A stretch of DNA of 64,000 nt from contig NC_092676.1 of NCBI RefSeq assembly GCF_964355755.1, forward strand, positions 21,656,871 to 21,720,870, given 5' to 3'. The notes below the pieces were generated by a model. It was not told the origin of the DNA. It saw only the letters and a program-made list of their open reading frames with translations, and did no database searches. Origin of the DNA: Antedon mediterranea (lineage: Eukaryota > Animalia > Echinodermata). Below, in pieces: positions 51,681 through 64,000 of this stretch. The position numbers and the translations under genes are program-made. The stretch's first letter is position 1, and each line of letters opens with the position of its first letter.

Positions 51681-51765
51681 ATGAATTATGATAATACATC
51701 AATGACTATTGTTGAGCAGACCACTATGGGTATCAGTGTGGGTACCACCGAGGGTACCCCTGAGG
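51681..51765 (+). CDS. NLR gene, predicted coding exon 1 (Thr-rich ectodomain)
   Basis: ATG..MNYDNTSMTIVEQTTMGISVGTTEGTPE + G|GTAAGT, phase 1. An AG acceptor at 51657-51658 implies an upstream non-coding exon. Confidence 0.6.
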
Positions 51766-52322
51766 GTAAGTAAACTACTTTTTGTTTCAAAGATTCTATA
51801 GTATATTTTTGTGTGAGTATAGCACTATTCATTCTGTGAATACCTTTATTGTATAACTGTGTCTTTCAAACCCAATGTTAACCTATTTGAGTATTATCTG
51901 AGATTTGCGCCATTTAAAAGACTTGTGAAAAATTGTAATTGTATAAATTTCAGACGGTTTTAAATTGGTTAAAAACACCTCAAGTGTAGCCATTTCCAAA
52001 GGCAAAAAATAGTCATTTATCATGCCCTTTTTGTTATTTACTGTATGTGTATTATTTTCTAACTGTACATAAATATCTTGTTCAATTGTATATAGGCCTA
52101 TATAACATATTATATGTCAAGAGAAATGTAATTAAGGAACATTTTTTAACCTAACAGTATGTTAGTTAAATTAAATGATATTTGCAAAAAAAAAAGAGGA
52201 ATAATAACCAATGATTTAATTTAAAATTAAAACAAAATGTTGATCATCTAGTAAATGTATTCTTATGATATTCTGCTGTAAGATTTAACATACACAGATT
52301 TTGATTGTACTTTTATATTTAG

Positions 52323-52355
52323 ATAATATGGTTGGCTTAATAATAACATTAAGTG
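52323..52355 (+). CDS. NLR gene, predicted exon 2 (first half of TM helix)
   Basis: tttatatttAG|...|GTATGT, 33 nt, phase 1-1, DNMVGLIITLS. Confidence 0.55.
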
Positions 52356-52840
52356 GTATGTAACTTCAGTTTTTTTTTCAAGCACATTCAGCAATAATGC
52401 TGAATTTAGTTTAAATAATGAAGATTGGGAATCTGTGAGATTTTATACAAATTGGTCTTAGAATGATTTTTACTGGATAAATTTTGCTCCAAAACATTAC
52501 ATATATATTTGTTAGCAGTATTGCTTTAGATACCGGTATTATTTTTTGTTTATTTGTTTATTCTGGGTCCACATTTTCAGCCCAATCGATCACTGCCAGT
52601 GGTTTTCGTATATTTACGGGCATAATCCAAAAAACAGTATACAAATAATGAATGTTTATGAGTGTAATATAATATATAATTTCATGAGGTGAAAGATGAA
52701 GAACTATAACTGATCAGTCAACAGTGAGTTGCATAGAGCATAATCCCTATTGTATTTTTGTCACTTTATTGGAGGAATGTGAGGCACATCCACCTTTCAT
52801 TACGCTATTAATACTATTTCATTACCTTTGTTTTTCATAG

Positions 52841-52954
52841 CAATTGGAAGTTTTGTTATTGCATTATTGTGTGTCTTTACATGGAGAATTATAAGATATT
52901 ATTGCCCAGATGATCGATGGGAATACATTAGACAAAAATGCCAATGCAGATGTT
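52841..52954 (+). CDS. NLR gene, predicted exon 3 (second half of TM helix, basic residues, Cys cluster)
   Basis: tttttcatAG|...|GTAAGC, 114 nt, phase 1-1, AIGSFVIALLCVFTWRIIRYYCPDDRWEYIRQKCQCRC. Confidence 0.65.
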
Positions 52955-54315
52955 GTAAGCAACAACTTTAATTATTATCTGGTATTAATGTTTAACATTT
53001 TTTAAATAGTAGGCCTACCTTGTATGACAGATTAATAGAATAATTCCATCGTCGTAGTACAGACTTTAAACTGTTTTATTAGACAATACAGGCATTGATC
53101 GCAGTTTGCGGTTAATTATCAAGTTGATTATATATGAAATTACCCAAATGAGACTAAGCTTCAACTTGAGCCATATCGATAACAGTATTTGACGCAGATA
53201 CAAAATGTTCTATCTAGAACTATAATAACTTTATTGTAATAAACTATACAAAGTACACATCTACACAATAGGAATAAATATGGAAGAGTGATTCACATAG
53301 AAGAATGTTATCATCTTAAGGAGTGAGCAAAGCAATGATGGATTGCTTTGTGGTCTGGGGACAGTTCCGGTATATCATCTATTTCTTAGAACAGGAACTT
53401 TCACTTATCATCTATAGGTCAATGACCAGTAGGCTATTGGTAACATTTATTGTACAATGAGAGCACATTTTAACACTCCCACTTGTTCTCATTTTTCTTA
53501 ATTTTACAGTAATACTAATAATATTAAAAATCAAATATAATACAACATGCATATTCATCAAATTATAAAAGTATAAAAGTGTTTCTCTAATTTACCATAT
53601 TAATTTTATAAAATCTATTACATTATTACATTGTACAGTGTGTGTATCACAACACATCATTGTCCAAAAATAAAATTCTTAAATTTACTTAACTTTAATT
53701 TTGTTGCTGGCTTAGTCATAATATCAGCAACCATTTCAGCTGTTGGACAGTAAACAACATTTATTTTACCATCATTTAATACATTTCGTATGAAGTGATA
53801 TCGGATGTCAATGTGCTTGGACCTTTGTCGACTTACTGGGTTTTTAGTTAAGGCAATTGTGCCTTGATTATCTTCAAAAATTTGAATAGGCCCATATTGA
53901 TATCCGCTAACAATTCCATCTAATAGTTGTATAAGGTACAAACATTCCTGAGTTGTTGCAGCTAGTGCCATGTATTCAGATTCACATGATGACAGTGCTA
54001 CTGTGGTTTGCTTCTTTGATTTCCATGAAATAAGTGGACCACAATTATTTAAACTAAAACAGTAGCCAGTAGTACTACGTCTGTCCTCTGGGGATGATGC
54101 CCAATCAGCATCACTATAAGCCATCAATCTTAAATTTTCAGAGCACTTACTGTAACACAACTCATGATTAATTGTACCTTTGAGATATCTTAACACATGT
54201 TTAGCTGCCACCCAGTGTTCAATTTTTGGATTTGACAAATATTGTGACAACTTTGTAACTATCCAGCCTATATCTGGCCGGGTACATGTCATAGCATAAA
54301 TTAAACTACCTACAA

Positions 54316-54548
54316 TTTATTTTTATTTATTTATTTATTAAGGTATAAAAACATCAAATTCCAACCAGCAGCAAGAGCTGAAAAGGTTGGATTACAATCA
54401 ACTGAGAAATAAAATACATCAAAGAAGATCTAAACTAAACATTAAACTTAAAGGATTCGTGCTAAGTGTGGAATAGTAGAACTAGTATTGCTCCTTAACG
54501 ATCTTGAATGCCTATCAGATTTATATGCTGGTAACATATTTCTAAATT
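54316..54548 (-). mobile_element. LINE 3' end (L2/CR1-group-like) inserted in Copia RT
   Basis: (AAAT)n tail and a stem-loop ccaacc..ggttgg. It interrupts the Copia frame between IDP and IVGSLIYAMTCTRPD. Confidence 0.65.
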
Positions 54549-55954
54549 TGGGGGTCAATGGCCTCCTGGCTATTACATTCTAGTTTCTGTTCACATGGAG
54601 TAGACCTTGGTTTACAATCGGTCATTCCAAATTTGTCTAGCATTTTTGCTATATATCGACTTTGATTCATTTTTACAGAACCTTTGGATTGTTTAAAATC
54701 AATACCAAGAAAATATGAAAGTTTACCAAGATCTTTCATATGGAATTTAGTTTTTTAACATTTCTTTAACTGTTGTCATCATGGACTCATTACTTGTCGC
54801 AATAATTAAATCATCAACCCATATGAGTAGTACAATCATTTCATTTTCTACATATTTAGTGTATACACAGTGATCAACAGGGTTTTGTACAAAATTATTT
54901 TCACATAGAAAAGTATGCAATACATTGTTCCAATTTCTGCCAGATTGTTTCAAACCATACAGTGATTTATTTAATTTGTATACTAACTTTTTGTTAGAAT
55001 TTGTAGGGACTTCAAAACCTTCTGCTTGCTCCATGTAAATTTCACAGTCAATTGGAGCATTAAGATAAGCAGTTTTCACATCCATCTGATGTAAAATCAA
55101 ATCATGTTGTGCTGCAATTTGCATCAAAATACGTACGGATGTCATACTGGCAGTTGGAGCAAATGTTTCATTATAATCTACACCTCTTATTTGGCTATAC
55201 CCTTTTGCAACATATCTTGCCTTATAGTTCTTTGAACCATCGGCAGTTTCTTTAGTAGTGTACACCCATCGTCCTCCCACTGAATTCATACCTGTGGGTA
55301 GGGTAGTTAAAGTGAATGTGTTATTTTCCTTAAGGGATTTCATTTCGTCTGCCATTGCAGTTTGCCAATACTTGGACTCTGGTGAATTAATAGCTTCCCT
55401 AAAAGTTTGAGGAAACTCTGAAATTTTGTAGCAATAATCAATACTGGATAATAATTGGTCATTATTGTCCTCTAAATCGGTAGCATAATCCTCAAGATAC
55501 GATGGAGGTTTTCTCTCCCGTCTTGGATACCTTACATTTTCGTTACCCGATTCATTAATTACCCTTTGGTCCTCAGGTTGGGGTTCTAGATTGGATGGAT
55601 CAGCAGTCTCCTGTATCCTATCAATTTCAGATGAATTATCTGTTTTACCCTTATTGGAATCTAATGGAATGTAATCGTCATCATCGGTTTCTGTTTGGAT
55701 CTGTTGCTCGACACTCTTATTTGTGTTAAATTTAACAATTCTATATTTCATTATCTTTCCACTCTCAGGGAAATATACTAAATAAGCCGGGCTGTACTGA
55801 TCATCTAATTTACTTTTGTCTTGCTTGTATGCATAACATTCAGATCCAAATACTCCCATGTTGGACAGATTGGGTTTTCGACCCGTCATCATAAAATATG
55901 GAGTTTGTTGCACACGATTGTTAAAACATCGATTACGTATATATGCCGCAGCTA

Positions 55955-57462
55955 CAAAACGAAACGAATGGTTTGATAAAGATTGTAAGAACCTTAAAAT
56001 GCAGGTTAAACAATCATTAAAGAGATTTAGAATTATGCGCACTCAACCTTTTTTAAATAATTATATTCAGATAAAAAAGCAATATAAATCGCTATTAAAA
56101 TGCAAAAAAAATAACTTTCATAAAAGAATACGCAAACAAATTATCGATTCACTCAATACAAAGGATAGCAAAACGTTTTGGATGAAGTTGAAGACAAAAC
56201 AGAAATTATCTTGCGAACTTTCTATTAATCAATGTTATATTCATTTTAAGAACCTATTCAAAAACGATGAGTCTATTGGTAGCGCTGAGTTGCCAAAAAT
56301 CACAGAATGCCAACAGAATGAAGACGATGATAATTTAGACCACGACATAACGTTGGATGAAATAAAAAAAGCATTTAATTCTCAAAATAGTGGAAAAGCT
56401 CCCGGCATTGATGGAATGAATTTTGAATTTTTGCTAAACGCCCCCAACATTATTTTTGATATTTTAAAAATTCTTTTTAACGCCATATTTTTAGTTGAAC
56501 AATTTCCCAAACAATGGGCAACAAGCTTAATCGTTCCAATTTTTAAAAATGGAGATAAAAACAAACCTGAAAATTATAGAGGTATTTCTTTAATTCCAAT
56601 CCTAGGAAAAATATTTTTAAATATTCTTAATTCTAGGTTAACACAATTTACAAATAGTAAAAAGTTAATTCATGAGGAACAAGCAGGCTTTCGTAAGGGA
56701 TATAGAACGACAGATAATATATTCATTTTAGATACCCTCATCTCTAAATTGAAATGTATCGGTGTTTCAGGCAGAATGTTACACATAATAAATTCCTTAT
56801 ACCAAAACTTATCTGCTCATGTTAAAATTGGCAACAAACTTAGTCCATCTTTTAATTGTTCGATTGGAGTACAACAAGGTTCTCCGTTGTCGTCTTTACT
56901 CTTTAATATTTACATTAATGATTTGAGTGGTATACTTAATCAGGTAAACGATTTCATTCAAATTGGAGATTGTCATATGAATCATCTTCTTTATGCAGAT
57001 GACTTAGTGCTTGTTAGTGATACGGTGAAAGGTCTCCAAAAATTAATAAATAAACTTGAACTTTATTGTGATACTTGGAAACTTACTGTAAACACTACAA
57101 AATCCAAAATTATGGTTTTTAAAAATGGCCGCAATTTAAGGAACATTGAAAAATGGAAGTATAAAAATATTCAATTAAAAATTGTTAATTCGTATAATTA
57201 TCTTGGTGTTATTTTTAGTTCAAATGGTGCATGGAACAACTCAATGCAACATAATCAACAAAAAGCAAATCAAAGTTTATTCTGCTTAAAATCATTCATT
57301 TATCGTAACTTATCTTTTCTTCCAATTAATACATGGAACCATATTTTTGATGTGAAAATACTTCCTATTTTAACGTATGGAAGCGAAATCTGGGGAATGT
57401 CAGATAGCACAAACATTATAGAAAAAACACATACTAAATTTTGTAGATATTTATTGCAAGTT
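55955..57462 (+). mobile_element. Internal LINE ORF2 fragment replacing Copia protease/integrase
   Basis: WFDKDC, GKAPGIDG, NYRGISL, EEQAGFR, GVQQGSPLS, LLYADD and YLG. The FVDxxKAFD motif is deleted. No tail or TSD. Confidence 0.9.
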
Positions 57463-58529
57463 ATTACGCTGTCATCTTTTGTCTCTCTTTGAGCCTTCTC
57501 CGACTCTTCGAAGCTTCTCAGCGCAATTTTAAAATCGGTAAAGTTTATCTCCTTTTCTTTTTGCATTATTACGGTCGCAAATGTCCGGAATCGCTGAGGT
57601 AGTTCTTTTAGGACCATAGCCACAAGCAAACTGTCGCTAATTTGTTCTTTAGCAGTTTTTAAACTTGTAGCTGCTGTTTCTGCACGAGTAACGTAGTCAG
57701 TTACACGTTCGTGTTCGTCCATTTTTAATGAGGTAAGCTCAGTATATAGTGATATAATTCTTGGCTTACTTTTTCCCAAATAATGTTCCCGCAGGATTCC
57801 TAGAGCCTTTCTTCCATCGTTCTTTGCGTCTCTCATTATCAAAGATAGACTTCTATCGTCCAGGTACTGCACAAGTTCGGCGAACGCATTACTATTTTTC
57901 GCCTCATCGGGAGCGGCTACTCCACCTTCGCTTTCCGGTACAATAATTTTGCTTAATTTTTGTATGTGCAAATGTCCTAGGAACTTGACTTCCCACAACT
58001 CGTACTTAGTTTCGTCTCCATTAAATAAAAGCCGTTTACTGGGCCCATAACCTGTTAAGGTTGTAGGATTGTGAGCCATATCGATAACAGTATTTGACGC
58101 AGATACAAAATGTTCTATCTAGAACTATAATAACTTTATTGTAATAAACTATACAAAGTACACATCTACACAATAGGAATAAATATGGAAGAGTGATTCA
58201 CATAGAAGAATGTTATCATCTTAAGGAGTGAGAAAAGCAATGATGGATTGCTTTGTGGTCTGGGGACAGTTCCGGTATATCATCTATTTCTTAGAACAGG
58301 AACTTTCACTTATCATCTATAGGTCAATGACCAGTAGGCTATTGGTAACATTTATTGTACAATGAGAGCACATTTTAACAAATTAATCCACCAAACTTCA
58401 GATGAAATATATTACGTTAATTTTTGTTACCTACAACAAAGCTAAATCTTGCTACTTAATGAATTTTTTCAATTAGTATAGCCCAGTAATAGATTAATCA
58501 CTGACTGAATTTGTTTTCATCTCATATAG

Positions 58530-58562
58530 GTAAAATGGAATCACAAACTAATGGTCAATCTG
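58530..58562 (+). CDS. NLR gene, predicted exon 4 (linker)
   Basis: ctcatatAG|...|GTAAGA, 33 nt, phase 1-1, CKMESQTNGQS. Confidence 0.65.
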
Positions 58563-58792
58563 GTAAGATATTGTTGTTTTACTGCACTTTTAAAAAAAAT
58601 TGCTAATTCAGAAGGTTAAGTTTTATCAAATTCTTTGTGTGTTTACTTGACCGCCTAACCAAATATGTTGAGGTAGTTCAACAGTAGCCTATATCCTATA
58701 TGGAAAACTAGAAACACAAGATTCTGACATTCACTAAATACCCGTATGTGTTCGTTTTTGCAATAAAAAACATACATACAACAGCAAGCAGC

Positions 58793-59922
58793 AAACTAGA
58801 TTTGAACTCGTCACTATGGACGAGTTAGGTTATCCGCAGCGCAAACGCCACGTGCACTTCATACGTTTATATGCGCACAGAAAAACGATTATGCCATTGA
58901 AAAAATGTTAGTGTGCTCTCTATTTTGTGTCACGTCTAAGTATATACAGTATAACACTACTGTATACGTACTACATACATTGCAGAATAGATGAAAATAA
59001 TTGACCAAATTTATTGACGCTTTTGAACATGATGACGTCATAACAATTTTTAAAATGGTAAATCTTGCAAAAGATAATTGACCTAGACAATATAAAAAAA
59101 TTTGAGGAAATGGAATACGGATAAGTGGAGAGGCGCTAAATTAAATGTGATAGGCTATGACGAAAGAGACAAAAATCCGATATTTTATATTTGAGTGGCC
59201 ATACGATGACGTCACAATGTCCGGTTAGCCATATTGATTCATGATCCGATATCTACAACTCATCAACTTACAATATGACTGTTTAAAAAAAGGCATACTT
59301 TTGACGAATTTGTTAACTTTTTCATCAAAACCCGAGCAAATTATCCAATTCGACGTGCTCGCATGACGTGATTTTAAGTCGAAATTGTCTGAAAGTTAGT
59401 AAAATTACTTGAAAAGGCTCGAAAAACAAAAATCACGCAAAAAAAGATGTTTTTAGCGCTACGTGCGCACCGCGCGCGTAAAAATGTGCTTAAAATTACA
59501 TGAAACGCGTAGAAAGTTGATTAGAAATTGATTTTTTGCATTTTTATTTCTAAACGCGCGTTCGTGCGTAACTTTCTGTTAAACATGCCATTTTTAATCC
59601 ACAGAAAGTTTGCCCTTGATCTGACTTAAATTTTCACCAAGTGACGTGTCAATACAAAATGACTTTTGGTTTTTAATCTTTGATCAATCATTGAAATTCA
59701 TAAAATTGATCGTAAGTCATGTTGCGCAACTCTAAAATCATAAAACAAAGTTTCTTGTACATCTACAGCTATAGTATCTTAGTATAGTGTCTTATGACAA
59801 AGTTACACAATATCATGTTGGGCAGAATTAGAGATACGCTGCGAACAAAATTCGTGGAAAGAAAGAAGAACAAAATTCGTGGAAAGAAAGAAGAACATAG
59901 AAAAAAAAAGTGCGGATAACCA
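58793..59922 (-). mobile_element. DINE-1/HINE-like (Helentron-associated) non-autonomous element
   Basis: Subterminal inverted repeats GGTTATCCGCA (58828-58838) / TGCGGATAACC (59911-59921), hairpin AACTCGTC..GACGAGTT (58805-58826), CTAGTTT end and an internal simple repeat. Confidence 0.7.
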
Positions 59923-59989
59923 ATTAAAATTCCATTGCAAGGTTTATTTCTTTTTTTTCTTTTTTATAAAACAAAGCAGCAATTAGCAC

Positions 59990-60064
59990 ATACCCATAGC
60001 CTATACCCATAGCCTATACCCATAGCCTATACCCATAGCCTATACCCATAGCCTATACCCATAG
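59990..60064. repeat. 13-bp tandem repeat, ~6 copies
   Basis: Unit TACCCATAGCCTA. Confidence 0.9.
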
Positions 60065-60326
60065 TGCTCATGTGCACTGGGCACTTTTATGAAAAAAAGA
60101 TCATAATCAGAAAAACCTTGACTTATAGACCCAGTTGAACCACTGGCCTTGTAATTGAAAACCAAGCTCCAGTAAAATTTTTATTATTTTGATTTATTAC
60201 TATTTTTGTGTTCTCATAACAATTACTAACTGTTAACAATGTTTATACATAAAGCACAATTTTTTTAAAGTGTTATGAACGCAATCCAGATAATTTGTAT
60301 TATGGCCTGTTTTATTTATTTTACAG

Positions 60327-63202
60327 AAAAGATAGACAGATACCTGCGTGATAAACAAGAGACTTTCTGTCGCAATACCAAGAACTTTACACCAGCAATA
60401 TTGAATAAAAGATTCGCACTTGACATTACTGACCTATTCACAGAGTTGGACCTACTCATAGAAAATGACAGGAATCAAGAGATTAAGCAAACAACATTGG
60501 ATGAAGTATTAGCCAACATTAAATCCAAACCTGCTTGTAAAGTGCTTATAGACGGTGAGTGTGGTATAGGTAAATCAACCTTGTTAAGGTACATATCATC
60601 AGAGAATGTTTTTAAAGGTAAAAGTGTATTTCTGTTGAATGCAAGAGATTTAGAAAAAGATGATAGTATTGTAGATCTTATTGTAAAGCAACCAAATATG
60701 AAGGATTTTGAGGATGCTACAAAACTTTCAATTCAAGAACTCAGATCCTTCATAGTGCAACATGATGGTCAGATTGTGTTAATGATTGATGGATTGGATG
60801 AATTAAGGTTTGAGGAGAATAAAAGTGTGATTCATCTTTTTGAAAAGAACGAATTAAGTAAGAGTTTAGTGATACTTACATCACGTAGAGAGAACACAGA
60901 TGAATTCATAAATGCGTGTGACGTACATGTGAGAGTAAGAGGATTTGGTAAAGAGAGCATAGAAAAGTATATTAAAAAGTATTTTAACTATTTTGAAAAA
61001 CCTGACTTGGGAAAATCCTTTGCAAAAGAGCTTTTTTCTAGAGATGGCAAAAAAAAACACGCAGAACTTTATTCAATGTGTCAAAATCCATTGTTACTTC
61101 TCACAATTTGTAGTATGTGGCAAGACAAACAAACTTTTCCTAGTAGTAAATCGGATCTTTTTAAAGAACTTTTTCGAAGTATTTTGAATCAGTTCATTGT
61201 AAAACAAAACCAACACAAACGTATTTCTAAACTTGAGGACGCTCAAGAGATGTATGCATATCCTATGATTTTGTTAGGGAAATACATGTATAAAAACTTG
61301 AAAAAAAATCAACTTTTCATAGACAAAAATCATTTCAAAGGTGAATACAGCAATATTTTTGAAGATGATTACAAAAATAAGACGATGACTGACATGGTTG
61401 ATATGGCCTTAAAACTTGGGTTTGTTTATGAAGATGCACCCATTTCAAAAACTAACCATGATGAGATTTACATGCCCCCACACAAGTTGATAGTTGAATC
61501 ATTGGTAGGATTTTATTTATCCAAAGTTTCTGAAAGTGAAGGTATAATGAAAGATGTTTTAAAGTTACTACTTACGCCATTGGATGAAAGTGAATGGAGG
61601 TTCATATTAGAAAGTAAAGGTTTTGCAATGACAAGAGAGTTTGCAATTGGGTTTCTTGCTGCTGATGCTGGTAAATTCTTAAAATATTTAATTACAAATG
61701 ATTTATCAACGTATCGATCTTTGACTACTTGCTTAAAATTTGTTGAAAACCATCATGATGATGCTGTGAATAAAACAATAACTAATCACATAACCACAAC
61801 AAGTGAAGAAATACAACAACTCGTAGAAGATGTATCTAATTCATTAACAAAGTTTATTCAATATAAAACTTCTTACACCTTTAAACACATTAATGGACAT
61901 TTTATACATATTTTAAGGAAATGGAATCTAATGTATATTGAATATGATATTTTGGATCACTTTCAGTGGGCCACATTTCTTAATACAATTTTATCTAATA
62001 GGAGAGGGATTGTTTTGTCTCATGTTTTATTAATTGGAACAGTACATTTAGTGTACATGAAGAATTGCAATTTATCAGGTGATGTAGTGAATTCTATCAG
62101 TTCAGAGTGTTTACGTAGACAATTTAAGTTGATTTTAAGCGAACTCGATATCAGTTATAATGATTTGAGTGACATTGACAGTAGTTCACTGTACTTTTTA
62201 TTTACTATCGTTGCTAACGATGGCTACCTTATCATGAAAAATTGCAATTTATCAGGTGCTGTAATGAATTCTATGATTACAGAGTTTTTACGTAGACAAG
62301 TTAAGTTGTGTTTAAACATACTCGATGTCAGTGGTAATGATTTGAGTGACATTGACAGTAGTTCACTGTACTTTTTATTTACTATGGTATCTCAAGTGCA
62401 TGATAGTTACCTTTTCATGAATGATTGCAATTTATCAGGTGCTGTTATGAATACTATGAATACAGAGTGTTTACGTAGACAAGTTAAGTTGTGTTTAAAC
62501 ACACTCAATGTCAGTGGTAATGATTTGAGTGACATTGACAGTAGTTCACTGTGCTTTTTATTTACTATGGTATCTGAAATCTATGATGGTCGCCTTTTCA
62601 TGAATAATTGCAATTTATCAGGTGATGTAGTGAATACTATGCATACAGAGTGTTTCCGTAGACAAATTGCCGTGTTGCGTTTAAACACACTCGATGTCAG
62701 TGGTAATAATTTGAGTGACATTGACGGTAGTTCACTGTGCTTTTTATTTACTATGGTATCTGAAACCTATGGTGGTGGTTGCCTTTTCATGAATAATTGC
62801 AATTTATCAGGTGATGTAGTGAATACTATGCATACAGAGTGTTTACGTAGACAAGTTACGTTGCGTTTAAACACACTCGATGTCAGTGATAATGATTTTA
62901 GTGACATTGATGGTAGTTCACTGCTTTTTTTACTTACTGTGATATCTGAAGAGTACGATGATTATTATGATGCCGGTCGCCTTTTCATGAATAATTGCAA
63001 ATTATCAGGTGCTGTAATGAATACTATGATTACAGAATGTTTAAATAGACTAGATGAGTTGAGTGTAAGCACACTCAATGTCAGTGGTAATGATTTTAGT
63101 GACATTGATTGTAGTTTACTGTTTCGTTTTTTGACTGTATCTCCTAACCTACGATCCCTTCAAACTGAAAATTGCAATTTACCAGATGATGTAATGAATT
63201 AA
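60327..63202 (+). CDS. NLR immune receptor main exon: NACHT NTPase + LRR array
   Basis: Walker A GECGIGKS, Walker B LMIDGLDE, VILTSR, VRGF, CQNPLLL and winged-helix HKLIVE, then about 7 ~60-aa double-LRR units. An acceptor ttttacAG at 60325-60326 suggests the ORF-finder Met is intronic. Confidence 0.93.
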
Positions 63203-64000
63203 ATTCATCTCATGTTCATAACAATGAATCGCCTAATTAATCACTTTTGATACGGTGACTGTAACATTGGTAATGAATCTAAAGTTGAGGGCGATTCATA
63301 CAAAACAAACTAAAAATGTAATTTTCATAATAATTGATAACATCTCATTGGCATTGGTAATAATATGGTGCCAATATTTATAGAATTTTACTGGATTCTT
63401 GATTTATTACGTCTACTGATCTGTTTGAACTATTGCAATATACCATGTACCAAGTTGGTATTTATTGTCTATTTTATGTTAGTCCACCTGTCAGCATTTT
63501 GATTTTTGACTGAAAAATATGAGCTCATGTTTTTTACGTATGAAACGCCATATGTGCAAAAATATTTATCTCCGATATATATTTATGTGAGTAAAAGTTT
63601 TACTAATTTCAGTCTAGAACCTAGACTAAAAGTGATGTAATGAATGCCTTCAACAGAAACTTATTTAAAAGAAATTTATTTTGCTCAATATATGTAGTAA
63701 TAATTTTAGCAACATTGCTTCGATCAATGATCATATGCTTTTTTTAAAACCTCCAAGCCTAATTTACTCTGAAATAATTAAGATCAGTTGTATGATTTCA
63801 AAATTAATATCATACGTTGACGATTTACTGAAAATTAAATTATAGAAATATTGTCAATGTATAATAGAAAGATATAGTAGTGTTTACAGAAACTAAACCA
63901 TATATGATGTAAATTTGAGTTTAATGTAGACCTACTTATTCGTAGTTCTAATATCAAATTGTTTATGCTTTCAACAATCTATATATAATGTGTGAATATC

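Larger units (their letters stand above)
53167..58380 (-). mobile_element. Ty1/Copia LTR retrotransposon (GalEa/Hydra-like organisation), defective, intronic
   Basis: LTRs 58053-58380 (TGTTAA..TTAACA) and 53167-53475 (last 19 bp missing). PBS GGTTATGGGCCCAG, PPT CAAGTGGGAG, gag 57465-58079, RT (KARYVAKGY, QMDVKTAYLN, LYGLKQS, WVDD) and RNase H (YSDADWA, KHIDIRYHF). Confidence 0.95.

Noticed and set aside
55858-57492. Intact 544-aa RT gene or functional overlapping antisense genes with Copia
   Set aside because: The ORF ends are read-through into Copia sequence, and the RT lacks the conserved FVDxxKAFD motif.
58670-60145. Old TIR element enclosing the HINE (gtagttcaacagtagcctata / tatagacccagttgaaccac)
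   Set aside because: The inverted match is short and imperfect, and no TSD is evident.
60275-60326. N-terminal hydrophobic peptide MNAIQIICIMACFIYFT of the 975-aa ORF
   Set aside because: It is the polypyrimidine tract and AG of an intron; upstream exons splice in at 60327.

Overview
AT-rich animal genomic DNA with spliceosomal introns and metazoan transposon families. It is probably a marine invertebrate, but the taxon is only inferred. Bases 1-46 kb are a dense transposon/virus graveyard: a Rex1/Babar-type LINE, a BEL/Pao LTR remnant, an EnSpm/CACTA-like transposase relic, a pogo-like TIR element, a BEN-domain gene relic, a Ginger-like integrase-OTU-F-box element, an AcademX-like element and a miniature Gypsy. 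Between about 12.5 and 40.2 kb lies a scrambled mosaic of Polinton/Maverick (adintovirus-like) pieces: protein-primed PolB fragments, a Bcl-2-like fragment, a PC4-like fragment and three multicopy orphan ORF families. Essentially every coding relic in this part lies on the minus strand. Bases 51.7-63.2 kb hold a plus-strand NLR gene. Four small phase-1 exons read by eye splice in frame onto the NACHT-LRR exon and add an N-terminal transmembrane anchor in place of a death-fold domain. One intron carries a young Copia whose protease/integrase region has been replaced by a LINE fragment. All family assignments come from motif recognition by eye; no database searches were run.
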